Virus record (IMG/VR): IMGVR_UViG_3300027749_000051
Location: 61,155 to 125,154 of that record
DNA length: 64,000 nt
Reading direction: 5' to 3' (one strand)
Source: a virus
In this document: piece after piece, positions 19,289 through 27,952 of the stretch
Position numbering within the stretch: the stretch's first letter is position 1
Layout: each line of letters opens with the position of its first letter
Made by a program: the position numbers and the translations under genes
Notes under the pieces: model-generated
Told to the model about the DNA's origin: nothing
Databases searched by the model: none
Seen by the model: only the letters and a program-made list of their open reading frames with translations

Positions 19289-20119
19289 ATGAAAAAATTA
19301 AATATTTTAATTACAGCGGTTGTACTATTCATTAGTTCAATAGCGTTTATCGCGGCACCAGAAAGAATTACTATTAAAGGTTCTGATACTATGGTTATCT
19401 TGGCACAACGATGGGCTGAGGTTTATATGAAATCTAATAGTAACGTGGCTCTTCAAGTTACTGGAGGTGGATCAGGGATTGGTATATCGGCATTGATTAA
19501 TGGATCTACTGATATTGCTAATGCTAGTCGTAAAATGAAACCAACTGAGAAGGATAAACTTAAATCAAGATACAATACTTTAGGTGTTGAAGTTGCTTGT
19601 GCTAAAGATGGCATTACGATTTATCTAAATCCTGCAAATAAAGTTAAAGAATTATCAATCGAACAATTAAGTAAGATTTATAAAGGTGAGATAACCAATT
19701 GGAAAGAAGTTGGTGGAAACAATCAACCTATTAAACTTTATGGTAGAGAAAATAGTTCAGGTACATATGTGTTCTTTCAAGAAAATGTTGTAAAGGGAGA
19801 CTACTCACCAAGTTGTCAGACACTACCAGGTACGTCTGCCGTTGTAAATGCGGTCACAAAAGATGAAAATGGTATTGGATATGGTGGAGCAGCTTACGCT
19901 GAAGGAATCGCTATATGTGGGGTAAAGAAAGACAATAATAGTAAATCATTTAAACCGACATCTGAAACTATTAAGACTGGCGATTACCCTATTACAAGAT
20001 ATTTATTTATGTATCTTCGTAATAGACCTACAGGTGAAACTAAAAAATACATTGATTGGATTTTAGGTACTGAAGGACAAAAGTTAGTTGTTGATTTAGG
20101 GTATTTTCCTGTAAAATAA
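19289..20119 (+). CDS. pstS: Phosphate-binding protein
   Basis: IKGSDTMV, TGGGSGIGI, DIANASR, YGRENSSGT, YPITRYLFMY. Confidence 0.95.
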   Translation: MKKLNILITAVVLFISSIAFIAAPERITIKGSDTMVILAQRWAEVYMKSNSNVALQVTGGGSGIGISALINGSTDIANASRKMKPTEKDKLKSRYNTLGVEVACAKDGITIYLNPANKVKELSIEQLSKIYKGEITNWKEVGGNNQPIKLYGRENSSGTYVFFQENVVKGDYSPSCQTLPGTSAVVNAVTKDENGIGYGGAAYAEGIAICGVKKDNNSKSFKPTSETIKTGDYPITRYLFMYLRNRPTGETKKYIDWILGTEGQKLVVDLGYFPVK

Positions 20120-20135
20120 TACAACATCTATAAAT

Positions 20136-20169
20136 AAAAAAAGGAGGTAATATATTACTTCCTTTTTTT
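20136..20169. terminator. Bidirectional intrinsic terminator
   Basis: A run-GGAGGTAA-TATA-TTACTTCC-T run between convergent genes. Confidence 0.85.
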
Positions 20170-20172
20170 ATG

Positions 20173-20484
20173 CTAACAATTACCGGTTAAAGTGTTAATA
20201 GAAACTACGACACCCATTTCACTGAATATCTTTTGAATGGTGTCATCCATAAACCTATGATAGTCTTTCCTTGAGAAAGTTCCGTCTAATAACATTTTAC
20301 GGTTTAAGTAACATAGAACAATGGTATCATTTCCTGTTTCGTAAGTGTATTGTTGTACATCTACATCACAGATTGCTGGGAAATTAAACGCAGCTAGTTC
20401 AATAACAATTGATTTGATTGAGGAGAGGTTTTCATTACTTTCACAAGTAATTCTTCGTGTTTTTTTGAGTTGTTTTTCGGGCAT
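20173..20484 (-). CDS. Hypothetical protein
   Basis: 103-aa ORF ending at terminator. Confidence 0.6.
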   Translation of the reverse strand: MPEKQLKKTRRITCESNENLSSIKSIVIELAAFNFPAICDVDVQQYTYETGNDTIVLCYLNRKMLLDGTFSRKDYHRFMDDTIQKIFSEMGVVVSINTLTGNC

Positions 20485-20566
20485 GACAAGATGATTTTAT
20501 AAGGATTAATGTAGTACAATATTAATCAAAATAACTAAATTAAACAACATATAATGTTAAAAGAAT

Positions 20567-20746
20567 ATGAACAAAGAAAATAGAATAGATGGAATTTATA
20601 TTCCGATAAAGGTTGGTGATATTATTTATAGTGGAAGATTTAAAAATAAAAAAACAACTGTAAAAACTATTGGTAGTGATGAATATGGAATGCCTACTAT
20701 TAATGGAAAAAGAGTATTAACCTTTCGAATTATAAAGAAAGATTAA
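20567..20746 (+). CDS. 59-aa hypothetical protein
   Basis: Manual: MNKENRIDGIYIPIKVGDIFYSGRFKNKKTTVKTIGSDEYGMPTINGKRVLTFRIIKKD. Not in ORF track. Confidence 0.7.
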   Translation: MNKENRIDGIYIPIKVGDIIYSGRFKNKKTTVKTIGSDEYGMPTINGKRVLTFRIIKKD

Positions 20747-20758
20747 TACTCTTTTTGA

Positions 20759-20971
20759 TTATGGTTGTAACTTTTTTATTATTTCAGTTATTCCATCACT
20801 TCCAAATTTATACCTTTTATAGAGGGCATGTTTGTCTTCCTTGTACCAAACTTCAAATCCTGTGTCATCCATAACAACACTAAGAATTTCGCCTGTGTTT
20901 GATGAGAAAGTTATCGGAGATTCAGACTCTCCGATAACAAAGTTTCCGTATTTGTCTACATCTATTTTCAT
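20759..20971 (-). CDS. Hypothetical protein
   Basis: 70-aa ORF directly downstream of metK. Confidence 0.6.
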   Translation of the reverse strand: MKIDVDKYGNFVIGESESPITFSSNTGEILSVVMDDTGFEVWYKEDKHALYKRYKFGSDGITEIIKKLQP

Positions 20972-20978
20972 TACAGAT

Positions 20979-21962
20979 CTACTTCCAGTTAAAATTGTTT
21001 CCCATATGTCCCCACATTGCAGTTTCAGAGTATATTGGGTTTTTTAGGTCCAAATGTTTGATGATACCCTGTGGTGATAAATCGTATTTGTTTAATCCTA
21101 GTGGTAGTGTTGCGATGTTAAACTCAATACCATCAATTATTGATGTGGATTGTAAAGGTTGGTCATATCCGATTGCGTATGATAATTGGACAAATACTTC
21201 TTTTGCTGATGGATATGCTTTTAATAGATCTACAGCTACTTTACGAGCCATATATGCTGCACTTCTATCTACTTTTGTTGCGTCCTTACCACTAAATGCT
21301 CCTCCGCCAATCGGGATCCTTGGTCCATAGTTATCCACGGCAAGTTTTCTACCAGTAACACCAGCATCGGCGTCAAATCCGCCCATATTCCAATCACCAG
21401 CAGGATTACAATGTAGTGCCTCGATTCTATAACCTTCAGTTGAACAGAAATCTTTACATAAAGTTTCTAATTCTTCTTTTGGTGCGTTTTGGAAAGAACA
21501 CACTACTCTAACACTACGATTTTCTTGGTCTAATGTGATTTGTGTTTTACCATCGTAAGGGTATTGTTCGTATACCACTTTATTCAACTTTCTTGCCAGA
21601 TAATATTCTTGTGGTACTAACTCTTCATTCTCATTACATGCATAACCAATCATAATTCCTTGGTCACCAGCACCACCAACATCAACACCTTGAGCGATCT
21701 CAGGTGATTGTTTTACTAAGTTAATGATAACATCATCAACATTGGCGATTTCTTTAACGATCTCTCTAATTTTTTCATCTGAAATTTTGTATTCAGATGT
21801 TACTTCACCTGTGATGAATACTTTGGAGTGACCTCCACAGGTTTCAACGGCACATCTTGATTGTGGGTCGTTTTTTAAATGGTCATCCAAGATTGCGTCT
21901 GAGATTCTATCACAAAGCTTATCAGGATGTTTCGGGGATACAAATTCTGCTGTTCTAATCAT
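20979..21962 (-). CDS. metK: S-adenosylmethionine synthetase
   Basis: EFVSPKHPDKLCDRISDAILD, GAGDQG, DGKTQ, DAGVTGRKL, GGGAFSGKDATKVDRSAAY. Confidence 0.97.
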   Translation of the reverse strand: MIRTAEFVSPKHPDKLCDRISDAILDDHLKNDPQSRCAVETCGGHSKVFITGEVTSEYKISDEKIREIVKEIANVDDVIINLVKQSPEIAQGVDVGGAGDQGIMIGYACNENEELVPQEYYLARKLNKVVYEQYPYDGKTQITLDQENRSVRVVCSFQNAPKEELETLCKDFCSTEGYRIEALHCNPAGDWNMGGFDADAGVTGRKLAVDNYGPRIPIGGGAFSGKDATKVDRSAAYMARKVAVDLLKAYPSAKEVFVQLSYAIGYDQPLQSTSIIDGIEFNIATLPLGLNKYDLSPQGIIKHLDLKNPIYSETAMWGHMGNNFNWK

Positions 21963-22004
21963 ATCAATTTTATTTTATTTTATGTTCTATTTTTAAGTAT
22001 AATA

Positions 22005-22034
22005 AAAAAGGATGTCAAACTCAAGTTGACATCC
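22005..22034 (-). terminator. Intrinsic terminator after ahcY
   Basis: GGATGTCAA-loop-TTGACATCC followed by T run on minus strand. Confidence 0.75.
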
Positions 22035-22058
22035 TCTTAATATTTGTGTTAATTGTTA

Positions 22059-23468
22059 TTAATATCGATATTCGTCTTTTTTGTAAGGACCATTAACATC
22101 GACTCCAAGATATTCTGACTGATCTGGTGTTAAGGTTGTTAACTTGATTCCTAATTGACCAATATGTAATCTTGCCACTTCTTCATCCAAATGTTTTGGT
22201 AATGTGTGAACACCTACAGGGTAATCATTTGTCGCCAATTCAATTTGAGCTAAGACTTGGTTGGTGAATGAGGTACTCATTACAAAAGATGGGTGACCTG
22301 TTGCACACCCTAAGTTAACTAATCTACCTTCAGCCAATAGATAGATTGAGTGTCCATCTTCGAAAGTATATTTATCAACCTGTGGTTTGATATTTGTTCT
22401 GATAACAGTTTTATCAGAATGTAATTTTTCTACTTGGATCTCATTATCGAAATGTCCGATATTACAAACAATTGCCTCATCCTTCATTTGTGACATGTGT
22501 TCCAATGTAATAACATCTTTATTACCTGTTGTGGTTACATAGATATTACCAACAGATAATGAATCTTCAATTGTCTGTACTTGGAACCCTTCCATTGATG
22601 CTTGTAATGCGCAGATGGGGTCAATCTCAGTTATGATAACTCGTGCTCCATAACTCTTCATAGACTTCGCACATCCTTTGCCAACATCACCATATCCTGC
22701 AATTACAACAACTTTACCAGCGATCATAACATCTGTTGCTCGTTTGATTCCATCAGCAAGTGATTCACGACAACCATATAAGTTATCGAATTTGGATTTG
22801 GTTACAGAGTCATTAACATTAAATGCTGGGAACAATAGTTTATCGTTTTCATACATTTGATATAATCTATGTACACCTGTTGTTGTTTCTTCAGATACTC
22901 CAATAATTCCTTCAACCGCATTTTCCCATCGTTCATTGTTAGATGATAGAATTTCTTTTAGAATATGGTTAAACTCATATTCGTCTTCACCATTGGTTGG
23001 AAGATCTAAGATGTTTGGATCTTTTTCAGCATCATACCCACGATGGATCATTAATGTTGCGTCGCCACCATCATCAACAATTAAGTTTGGCCCTTCACCA
23101 TTAGGAAATTCCAATGCTTTAGCGGTACACCACCAATATTCTTCTAATGTTTCACCTTTCCATGCAAAAACAGGAATACCTGCTTCAGCAATGGCTGCGG
23201 CAGCATGATCTTGTGTTGAGAAAATATTACAACTACACCATCTAACATCTGCTCCAAGTTCTTTTAATGTTTCAATTAACACTGCAGTTTGGATTGTCAT
23301 ATGTAATGACCCAGTAATTTTGTGTCCTGATAAAGGTTTAGTTTTACCATATTTCTCACGAAGAGACATAAGTCCTGGCATTTCTTTTTCTGCAATCTTA
23401 ATTTCTTTTCTTCCGTATTCTGCAAGATTAATATCTGCTACGGCATAGTCTGTAAATTCCATATTCAT
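22059..23468 (-). CDS. ahcY: S-adenosylhomocysteine hydrolase
   Basis: [68 protein letters not shown]. Confidence 0.98.
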   Translation of the reverse strand: MNMEFTDYAVADINLAEYGRKEIKIAEKEMPGLMSLREKYGKTKPLSGHKITGSLHMTIQTAVLIETLKELGADVRWCSCNIFSTQDHAAAAIAEAGIPVFAWKGETLEEYWWCTAKALEFPNGEGPNLIVDDGGDATLMIHRGYDAEKDPNILDLPTNGEDEYEFNHILKEILSSNNERWENAVEGIIGVSEETTTGVHRLYQMYENDKLLFPAFNVNDSVTKSKFDNLYGCRESLADGIKRATDVMIAGKVVVIAGYGDVGKGCAKSMKSYGARVIITEIDPICALQASMEGFQVQTIEDSLSVGNIYVTTTGNKDVITLEHMSQMKDEAIVCNIGHFDNEIQVEKLHSDKTVIRTNIKPQVDKYTFEDGHSIYLLAEGRLVNLGCATGHPSFVMSTSFTNQVLAQIELATNDYPVGVHTLPKHLDEEVARLHIGQLGIKLTTLTPDQSEYLGVDVNGPYKKDEYRY

Positions 23469-23581
23469 TTTATTATTTAATTTATTGTGTTGTTTATAAT
23501 ATATAATCGAACTTATGATTTTATTAAATAATTTAAAGAATAATTTAATAAAATAGTTGTATTTATAGATAAACTATATCT

Positions 23582-23764
23582 ATGAAAACATTAATAATTA
23601 TTGTGCTTATTATTGCAATTGTTGCTTTAATTAGCTTTGCTGTTTATGCGGTTCGAGATCATAAAGATGAGATATCCGATATTATTAAAGATGAAGAACG
23701 GATAGTTAAAATCGCAATTAAGGAAAAGATAAAGAATATATTTAAAAAAATCTTTAATAAGTAA
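23582..23764 (+). CDS. Small membrane protein
   Basis: N-terminal hydrophobic helix; TATTTATA at 23560; terminator at 23768. Confidence 0.7.
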   Translation: MKTLIIIVLIIAIVALISFAVYAVRDHKDEISDIIKDEERIVKIAIKEKIKNIFKKIFNK

Positions 23765-23767
23765 AAG

Positions 23768-23790
23768 AATCCCCACTTGGGGATTTTTTT
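23768..23790. terminator. Intrinsic terminator between convergent genes
   Basis: AATCCCC-ACTT-GGGGATT plus T run. Confidence 0.8.
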
Positions 23791-23793
23791 ATT

Positions 23794-24168
23794 TTATTGA
23801 TATTGTTCGTAACTCTTTTCTTCAGTTAAGTTAGACCCTGTCAATTCATTTATTTGTCGTTTGACTTCAGATCGTTTATCGTTAATGAAATAAACTGATC
23901 TTGCGGTTTGAATGAAATCGTCACCAAAATCTTTTGATCTTTCTAGATCTCTGATATGGTCTTCAATGTCCCATAGTTGATTGTTTATCTTATACAATTC
24001 TTGGTAAAGAGGGTGAGTCTTCTCAATGATTGTGGCTACTGCAGAGTCCAATATTAAAAACTCTTTTTGTAGGTTTGTTAGTTTATCTACATTTGAGATA
24101 CGACTAATTTTAATTTCTATAATAGATAGTTTATCTACTATTTCTCCGTTTGATACTTCAATATTCAT
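23794..24168 (-). CDS. DUF6165-like phage protein
   Basis: IEVSNGEIVDKLSIIEIK...LWDIEDHIR...ARSVYFINDKRS...IN...EEKSY. Confidence 0.8.
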   Translation of the reverse strand: MNIEVSNGEIVDKLSIIEIKISRISNVDKLTNLQKEFLILDSAVATIIEKTHPLYQELYKINNQLWDIEDHIRDLERSKDFGDDFIQTARSVYFINDKRSEVKRQINELTGSNLTEEKSYEQYQ

Positions 24169-24172
24169 TTTA

Positions 24173-24703
24173 CTATGTTTTAGATTTATGATTTAATATT
24201 TCTTCAACCTTATAATCTTCCCAACTGCCAGCATCTATAGTTTTTTCTACCTTATGATTAAGGACATCTTCTATATCAGTTTCAGGAAAATTAAATACAA
24301 CCACAGGTTTTTCTATTTTATAATCGAGGACATTATCTATGTTACGGTTATCTCTGCCTTGGAAAGATAAAGTTTTTTCTACCTTATGATTGAGGACATC
24401 TTCTACTTCCGATTCATCTATAATATTTCTATGTCGAGGTGTATCTACTTTATAATTAAGGATATCTTCTACAAAAGAGGATAGGATAGGTTCAAACTCA
24501 TTTCGTTCCATTGAAAATATGGTAAAAAAATCAGAGAAAAACCACCATCTCCAATACAAGATTCCTCGTTTTTTATATTCTAAATACCAATACTTATTTT
24601 CTCTGTCAATAATCCATATGGAGTCTTCATATGGAATTATCTCAGTATGTTTCAGATCATTATATAGTTTATCAAATATTATTTTCTTTAATCTGGGGTT
24701 CAT
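24173..24703 (-). CDS. Array-fused family protein, copy A (W/F-rich domain + 5 in-frame repeats)
   Basis: WIIDRENKYWY...LYWRWWFFSDFF domain followed by 22-aa-periodic VEDxLNxKV. Confidence 0.85.
   Translation of the reverse strand: MNPRLKKIIFDKLYNDLKHTEIIPYEDSIWIIDRENKYWYLEYKKRGILYWRWWFFSDFFTIFSMERNEFEPILSSFVEDILNYKVDTPRHRNIIDESEVEDVLNHKVEKTLSFQGRDNRNIDNVLDYKIEKPVVVFNFPETDIEDVLNHKVEKTIDAGSWEDYKVEEILNHKSKT
24174..24473 (-). CRISPR. CRISPR-like mini-array A inside CDS (5 degenerate 36-nt repeats, 4 spacers of 30 nt)
   Basis: Repeats at 24438-24473, 24372-24407, 24306-24341, 24240-24275, 24174-24209; exact 66-nt period. Confidence 0.55.
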
Positions 24704-24704
24704 T

Positions 24705-25254
24705 TTAATTAAGTATATTATCTACTTTAACAGGCCATGGGCAATAATCTGCTTTTGCTGTATTTACCTTATGATTCAGTACATCGTCCAATATTTTGTA
24801 GTTCTCAACCAATGATTTCATAGATGTTTCTCCATTATGGTTAAGTACATCTGCCGTCGGGTTTACGAATCCGCAATAACCGATCTTAGTTGCATCTACC
24901 TTATGATTAAGGATGTCTTCCTCTTTAGTGTAACCTGTTGTGTTTCGCCAAGTAGATATTGTTACTTTAGGGTTAAGGATGTCTTTCACCACTGGTGTTT
25001 GCGAATCGTTTGTAAAAAAGGATTTACTTACCTTATGATTAAGGATGTTTTCCACCTTAAGATGAGTAAGAAAATCTATACCATTAGATGTACTTACCTT
25101 ATGATTAAGGATGACTTCCACCGATGCGATGGCTGGACCAACACCAGTATCGGATGTGTTTACCTTATAATTAAGGATGTCTTCCACCAATGCAGAGAAA
25201 GCATTTGAAAGAAGAACAGATGTGCCTACCTTATGATTAAGGATGTCTTCCACC
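24705..25254 (-). CRISPR. CRISPR-like mini-array B inside CDS (8 repeats + partial, 8 spacers of 30 nt)
   Basis: Repeats start (+ strand) at 25219, 25153, 25087, 25021, 24955, 24889, 24823, 24757; first is GGTGGAAGACATCCTTAATCATAAGGTAGGCACATC in gene sense; degeneracy rises distally. Confidence 0.7.
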
Positions 25255-25484
25255 ATAGAAGTTAGAAATGGTTTATACTCATTTTGTTCCAATGAGAATA
25301 GTTGGAAAAAATTATTGAAAAACTCCCATCTCCACCATAATGTTCCTGATTTTTCAAATTCAAAATACCAGTACTTTTCTTTTCTATCAATAAACCATAT
25401 CGCATTATTATATGGGATTATCTCCACATGTTTCAGATCGTTATATAGTTTATCTAATATAATTTTTTTTAATCTCTCGTTCAT
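24705..25484 (-). CDS. Array-fused family protein, copy B (8 full + 1 partial repeats)
   Basis: Same N-terminal domain; 22-aa periodic tail to the stop codon. Confidence 0.85.
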   Translation of the reverse strand: MNERLKKIILDKLYNDLKHVEIIPYNNAIWFIDRKEKYWYFEFEKSGTLWWRWEFFNNFFQLFSLEQNEYKPFLTSMVEDILNHKVGTSVLLSNAFSALVEDILNYKVNTSDTGVGPAIASVEVILNHKVSTSNGIDFLTHLKVENILNHKVSKSFFTNDSQTPVVKDILNPKVTISTWRNTTGYTKEEDILNHKVDATKIGYCGFVNPTADVLNHNGETSMKSLVENYKILDDVLNHKVNTAKADYCPWPVKVDNILN

Positions 25485-25487
25485 AGT

Positions 25488-25955
25488 TTATATTTTATTT
25501 ACCTTACGATTTAAGATTCTTTCTACCAATCCTTCAGGTGGAACTTCATCAAAGAATGTTGTTTTTACCTTACGATTTAAGATGTCTTCCACCCAGCCTT
25601 TGGCTTTACCTATGAAATTATTTGATGTATCTACCTTACGATTTAAGATGTCTTCCACCGGGTCGATCGATTGATATTCCCCATTGAAAGATGTATCTAC
25701 CTTACGATTTAAGATGTCTTCCACCATATCTCGTATAAGTGGCTCATACTCATCTCGTTCCAATGAAAACAGGTAGAAAAAATTATTGAAAAACTCCCAT
25801 CTCCACCACAGAGTTCCATTTTTATTCAATTTAAAGTACCAGTATTTTTCATTTGGATCTATTGCCCATATATTGCCATCATCGACAATAATTTCGGAGC
25901 CCTTCATATCGTTCAAAAGTTTATCAAATATTATTTTCTTTATCCTGTCGTTCAT
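25488..25955 (-). CDS. Array-fused family protein, copy C (4 repeats)
   Basis: WAIDPNEKYWYF...GTLWWRWEFFNNFF; VEDILNRKV x3 plus VERILNRKV. Confidence 0.85.
   Translation of the reverse strand: MNDRIKKIIFDKLLNDMKGSEIIVDDGNIWAIDPNEKYWYFKLNKNGTLWWRWEFFNNFFYLFSLERDEYEPLIRDMVEDILNRKVDTSFNGEYQSIDPVEDILNRKVDTSNNFIGKAKGWVEDILNRKVKTTFFDEVPPEGLVERILNRKVNKI
25492..25725 (-). CRISPR. CRISPR-like mini-array C inside CDS (4 repeats, 3 spacers of 30 nt)
   Basis: GGTGGAAGACATCTTAAATCGTAAGGTAGATACATC identical at 25690-25725 and 25624-25659; variants at 25558-25593 and 25492-25527. Confidence 0.75.
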
Positions 25956-25974
25956 ATCATCTAAATTATCTTGG

Positions 25975-26005
25975 CAAAGATATTAAAAAAGATTAATACA
26001 ACAAA
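25975..26005 (-). promoter_or_regulatory. Bacteroidota sigmaA-type promoter driving the C-B-A operon
   Basis: Minus strand TTTG (26002-26005), 19-nt spacer, TATCTTTG (25975-25982). Confidence 0.7.
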
Positions 26006-26043
26006 ATATTTTCAAGGATATTGTGTGATTGAATTAATTTTAT

Positions 26044-26051
26044 TATCTTTG
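26044..26051 (+). promoter_or_regulatory. Divergent TAnnTTTG -7 element
   Basis: TATCTTTG upstream of the 26092-28114 gene run. Confidence 0.6.
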
Positions 26052-26091
26052 TGGAATAGAAAGTAAGTTATTAAATTAAAAGTTAAATAAT

Positions 26092-26253
26092 ATGTGGGTT
26101 AAGAAGAAGATTTTGGATCATTGGACTTATATTGAAAGAAAGACCAAAGTATTTGTTAGACGGGATTATCGTAATAACACCGTTGTGATTAATTTTATGG
26201 AAGGTGGTCCTTGTACTTTATATACTTATAAAGGTGAATGGATTGCGGGTTAA
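26092..26253 (+). CDS. 53-aa hypothetical protein
   Basis: Manual: MWVKKKILDHWTYIERKTKVFVRRDYRNNTVVINFMEGGPCTLYTYKGEWIAG. Confidence 0.55.
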   Translation: MWVKKKILDHWTYIERKTKVFVRRDYRNNTVVINFMEGGPCTLYTYKGEWIAG

Positions 26254-26274
26254 AAAAGAATTGGAGGAAAAGAA

Positions 26275-26826
26275 ATGAGCGGAGGACACTTTGATTACAA
26301 ACAAAACGAAATCGGTTATATTGCCGATGAGATAGAAAGCACCATTGAAAGAAATGGTAAGGAAAAGACCCAAGAGGAATTAAGAGATGAAGGATGGTGT
26401 AATTCTGAATTTCATAATCAATATCCTGAAGATAAATTTCACTATAAATATCCGGATGATGTTATTGAGAAATTTAAAGAGGCTGTTAATTTATTAAGAA
26501 AAGCACAAATCTATGCTCACAGAATTGATAGGTTATTATCAGGAGATGATGGAGAAGAATCATTTATTAAACGATTAAATGATGAATTGGATAAAATTGA
26601 GATTCCACTACCAAATGACGCGTTAATAGAGGCGGCACAACGATATAAGGAAAATGTTAGTGCAGGAGCGCTTACATCATCTAGTAATGGTTTAACATTG
26701 TCACCATCAACTATTAGTGGAATATGGAGTAGTAGCACTACTACTTGGAAAGGTGGTTATGTCACAAATAACTTTGAATCTTATTATATGGGTGAGAATG
26801 GTAATAAACATATAAATAATAAATGA
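26275..26826 (+). CDS. Hypothetical phage protein (MSGGHFDY N-terminus)
   Basis: 183-aa ORF; YAHRIDRLLSGDDGEESF motif. Confidence 0.75.
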   Translation: MSGGHFDYKQNEIGYIADEIESTIERNGKEKTQEELRDEGWCNSEFHNQYPEDKFHYKYPDDVIEKFKEAVNLLRKAQIYAHRIDRLLSGDDGEESFIKRLNDELDKIEIPLPNDALIEAAQRYKENVSAGALTSSSNGLTLSPSTISGIWSSSTTTWKGGYVTNNFESYYMGENGNKHINNK

Positions 26827-27281
26827 AAACTCAGAAAGAATATCCTGAGACACACTTCAGGAGCAGTGAGGCGGAAAGAATTCACAATGAGGGTTATGAA
26901 CTGATGCTCATTAATAATACTTTACCTTTTAACAACAGACCAGTTCTCGGAGATGCAAAACACGGATTTGTTAGTATGAGTTGGGATGCTTGGCATAAGA
27001 ATAGGGATAGTATGAGACTTAAACGACTTACCAATCCTCAACTCCTCAACGGAGAAATTAAGAATGATAGAATCGTTTCATTATATAAAGGATGTAAGGT
27101 TCATCTAATGAATAAGGGTGGGACATACATTGTTAAATCATATGATAATGAGGTGGCTGTGATCACTTGTCAGAGATGGGTTAACCAGAAAGAATGGGGA
27201 CAAAGATACAGAGATACCTTAACAGTTCCAAGAAGTGAAATAAAATGTCATTATGGGGGAACAAAATACGGCAAGTTGTAA
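26823..27281 (+). CDS. Hypothetical protein
   Basis: 152-aa ORF, ATGA overlap. Confidence 0.7.
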   Translation: MKTQKEYPETHFRSSEAERIHNEGYELMLINNTLPFNNRPVLGDAKHGFVSMSWDAWHKNRDSMRLKRLTNPQLLNGEIKNDRIVSLYKGCKVHLMNKGGTYIVKSYDNEVAVITCQRWVNQKEWGQRYRDTLTVPRSEIKCHYGGTKYGKL

Positions 27282-27325
27282 TATTTTTATTATATTTGTA
27301 TAATTAATCATTAAATCTTTTAGAT

Positions 27326-27577
27326 ATGACCGAATCGGACAGTGCTATTTTAGAAACACTTATTACAAAGTTATTAGAAGGAGTTGAATTAGAATCAAAA
27401 ACAGAAACCGCGATTGGATATCACGGAAGTTCACAGGGAGAAGAGATTACTTATACGATACATTATAATCCGTATCGTAGGACTTGGGAACCAAAAGAGT
27501 TTGCCTTAATGGGGCATGTGTTCTCAAAAATTAAACCAATAATCTTAAAAATTATAAATAAAGATGGGAATGTTTGA
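27326..27577 (+). CDS. Hypothetical protein
   Basis: 83-aa ORF after TATATTTG (27291). Confidence 0.65.
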   Translation: MTESDSAILETLITKLLEGVELESKTETAIGYHGSSQGEEITYTIHYNPYRRTWEPKEFALMGHVFSKIKPIILKIINKDGNV

Positions 27578-27947
27578 TACACTTTACATCAATATAGACA
27601 AATTGCCTATATCTGATAAGGAAAAAGAAACTATCGGCAATGATACCGAATGGCAGACCAAATCTTTTGATTGCGTCTTAACGGAGATATACATAACCGA
27701 TCAGAACGAATTAAAGATCAATCGATGGAATTATGAGGATGTTCCATTGGAAGACAGACCAAATCCACTTAAAGAAGGAATACTTGGATTTATGGGAAGC
27801 CTGAGAAGAGCCAATGAGAGATTGGAAATAATGTCTTATAATGGATATGTTAACTTTTATGGTAAAGGAGGAGATGATTGGTATGAGTTTAATGCCAAGT
27901 TTATTGATGGACTACTTCAAGGGATTGAGGGTGGAAAAATAGTTTAA
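27564..27947 (+). CDS. Hypothetical phage protein (MGMFDTL N-terminus)
   Basis: WQTKSFDCVL...WYEFNAKFIDG. Confidence 0.75.
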   Translation: MGMFDTLYINIDKLPISDKEKETIGNDTEWQTKSFDCVLTEIYITDQNELKINRWNYEDVPLEDRPNPLKEGILGFMGSLRRANERLEIMSYNGYVNFYGKGGDDWYEFNAKFIDGLLQGIEGGKIV

Positions 27948-27952
27948 GGTTG

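Noticed and set aside
21963-23581. SAM or SAH riboswitch upstream of metK/ahcY
   Set aside because: Upstream regions are short and very AT-rich; only a terminator hairpin is visible.
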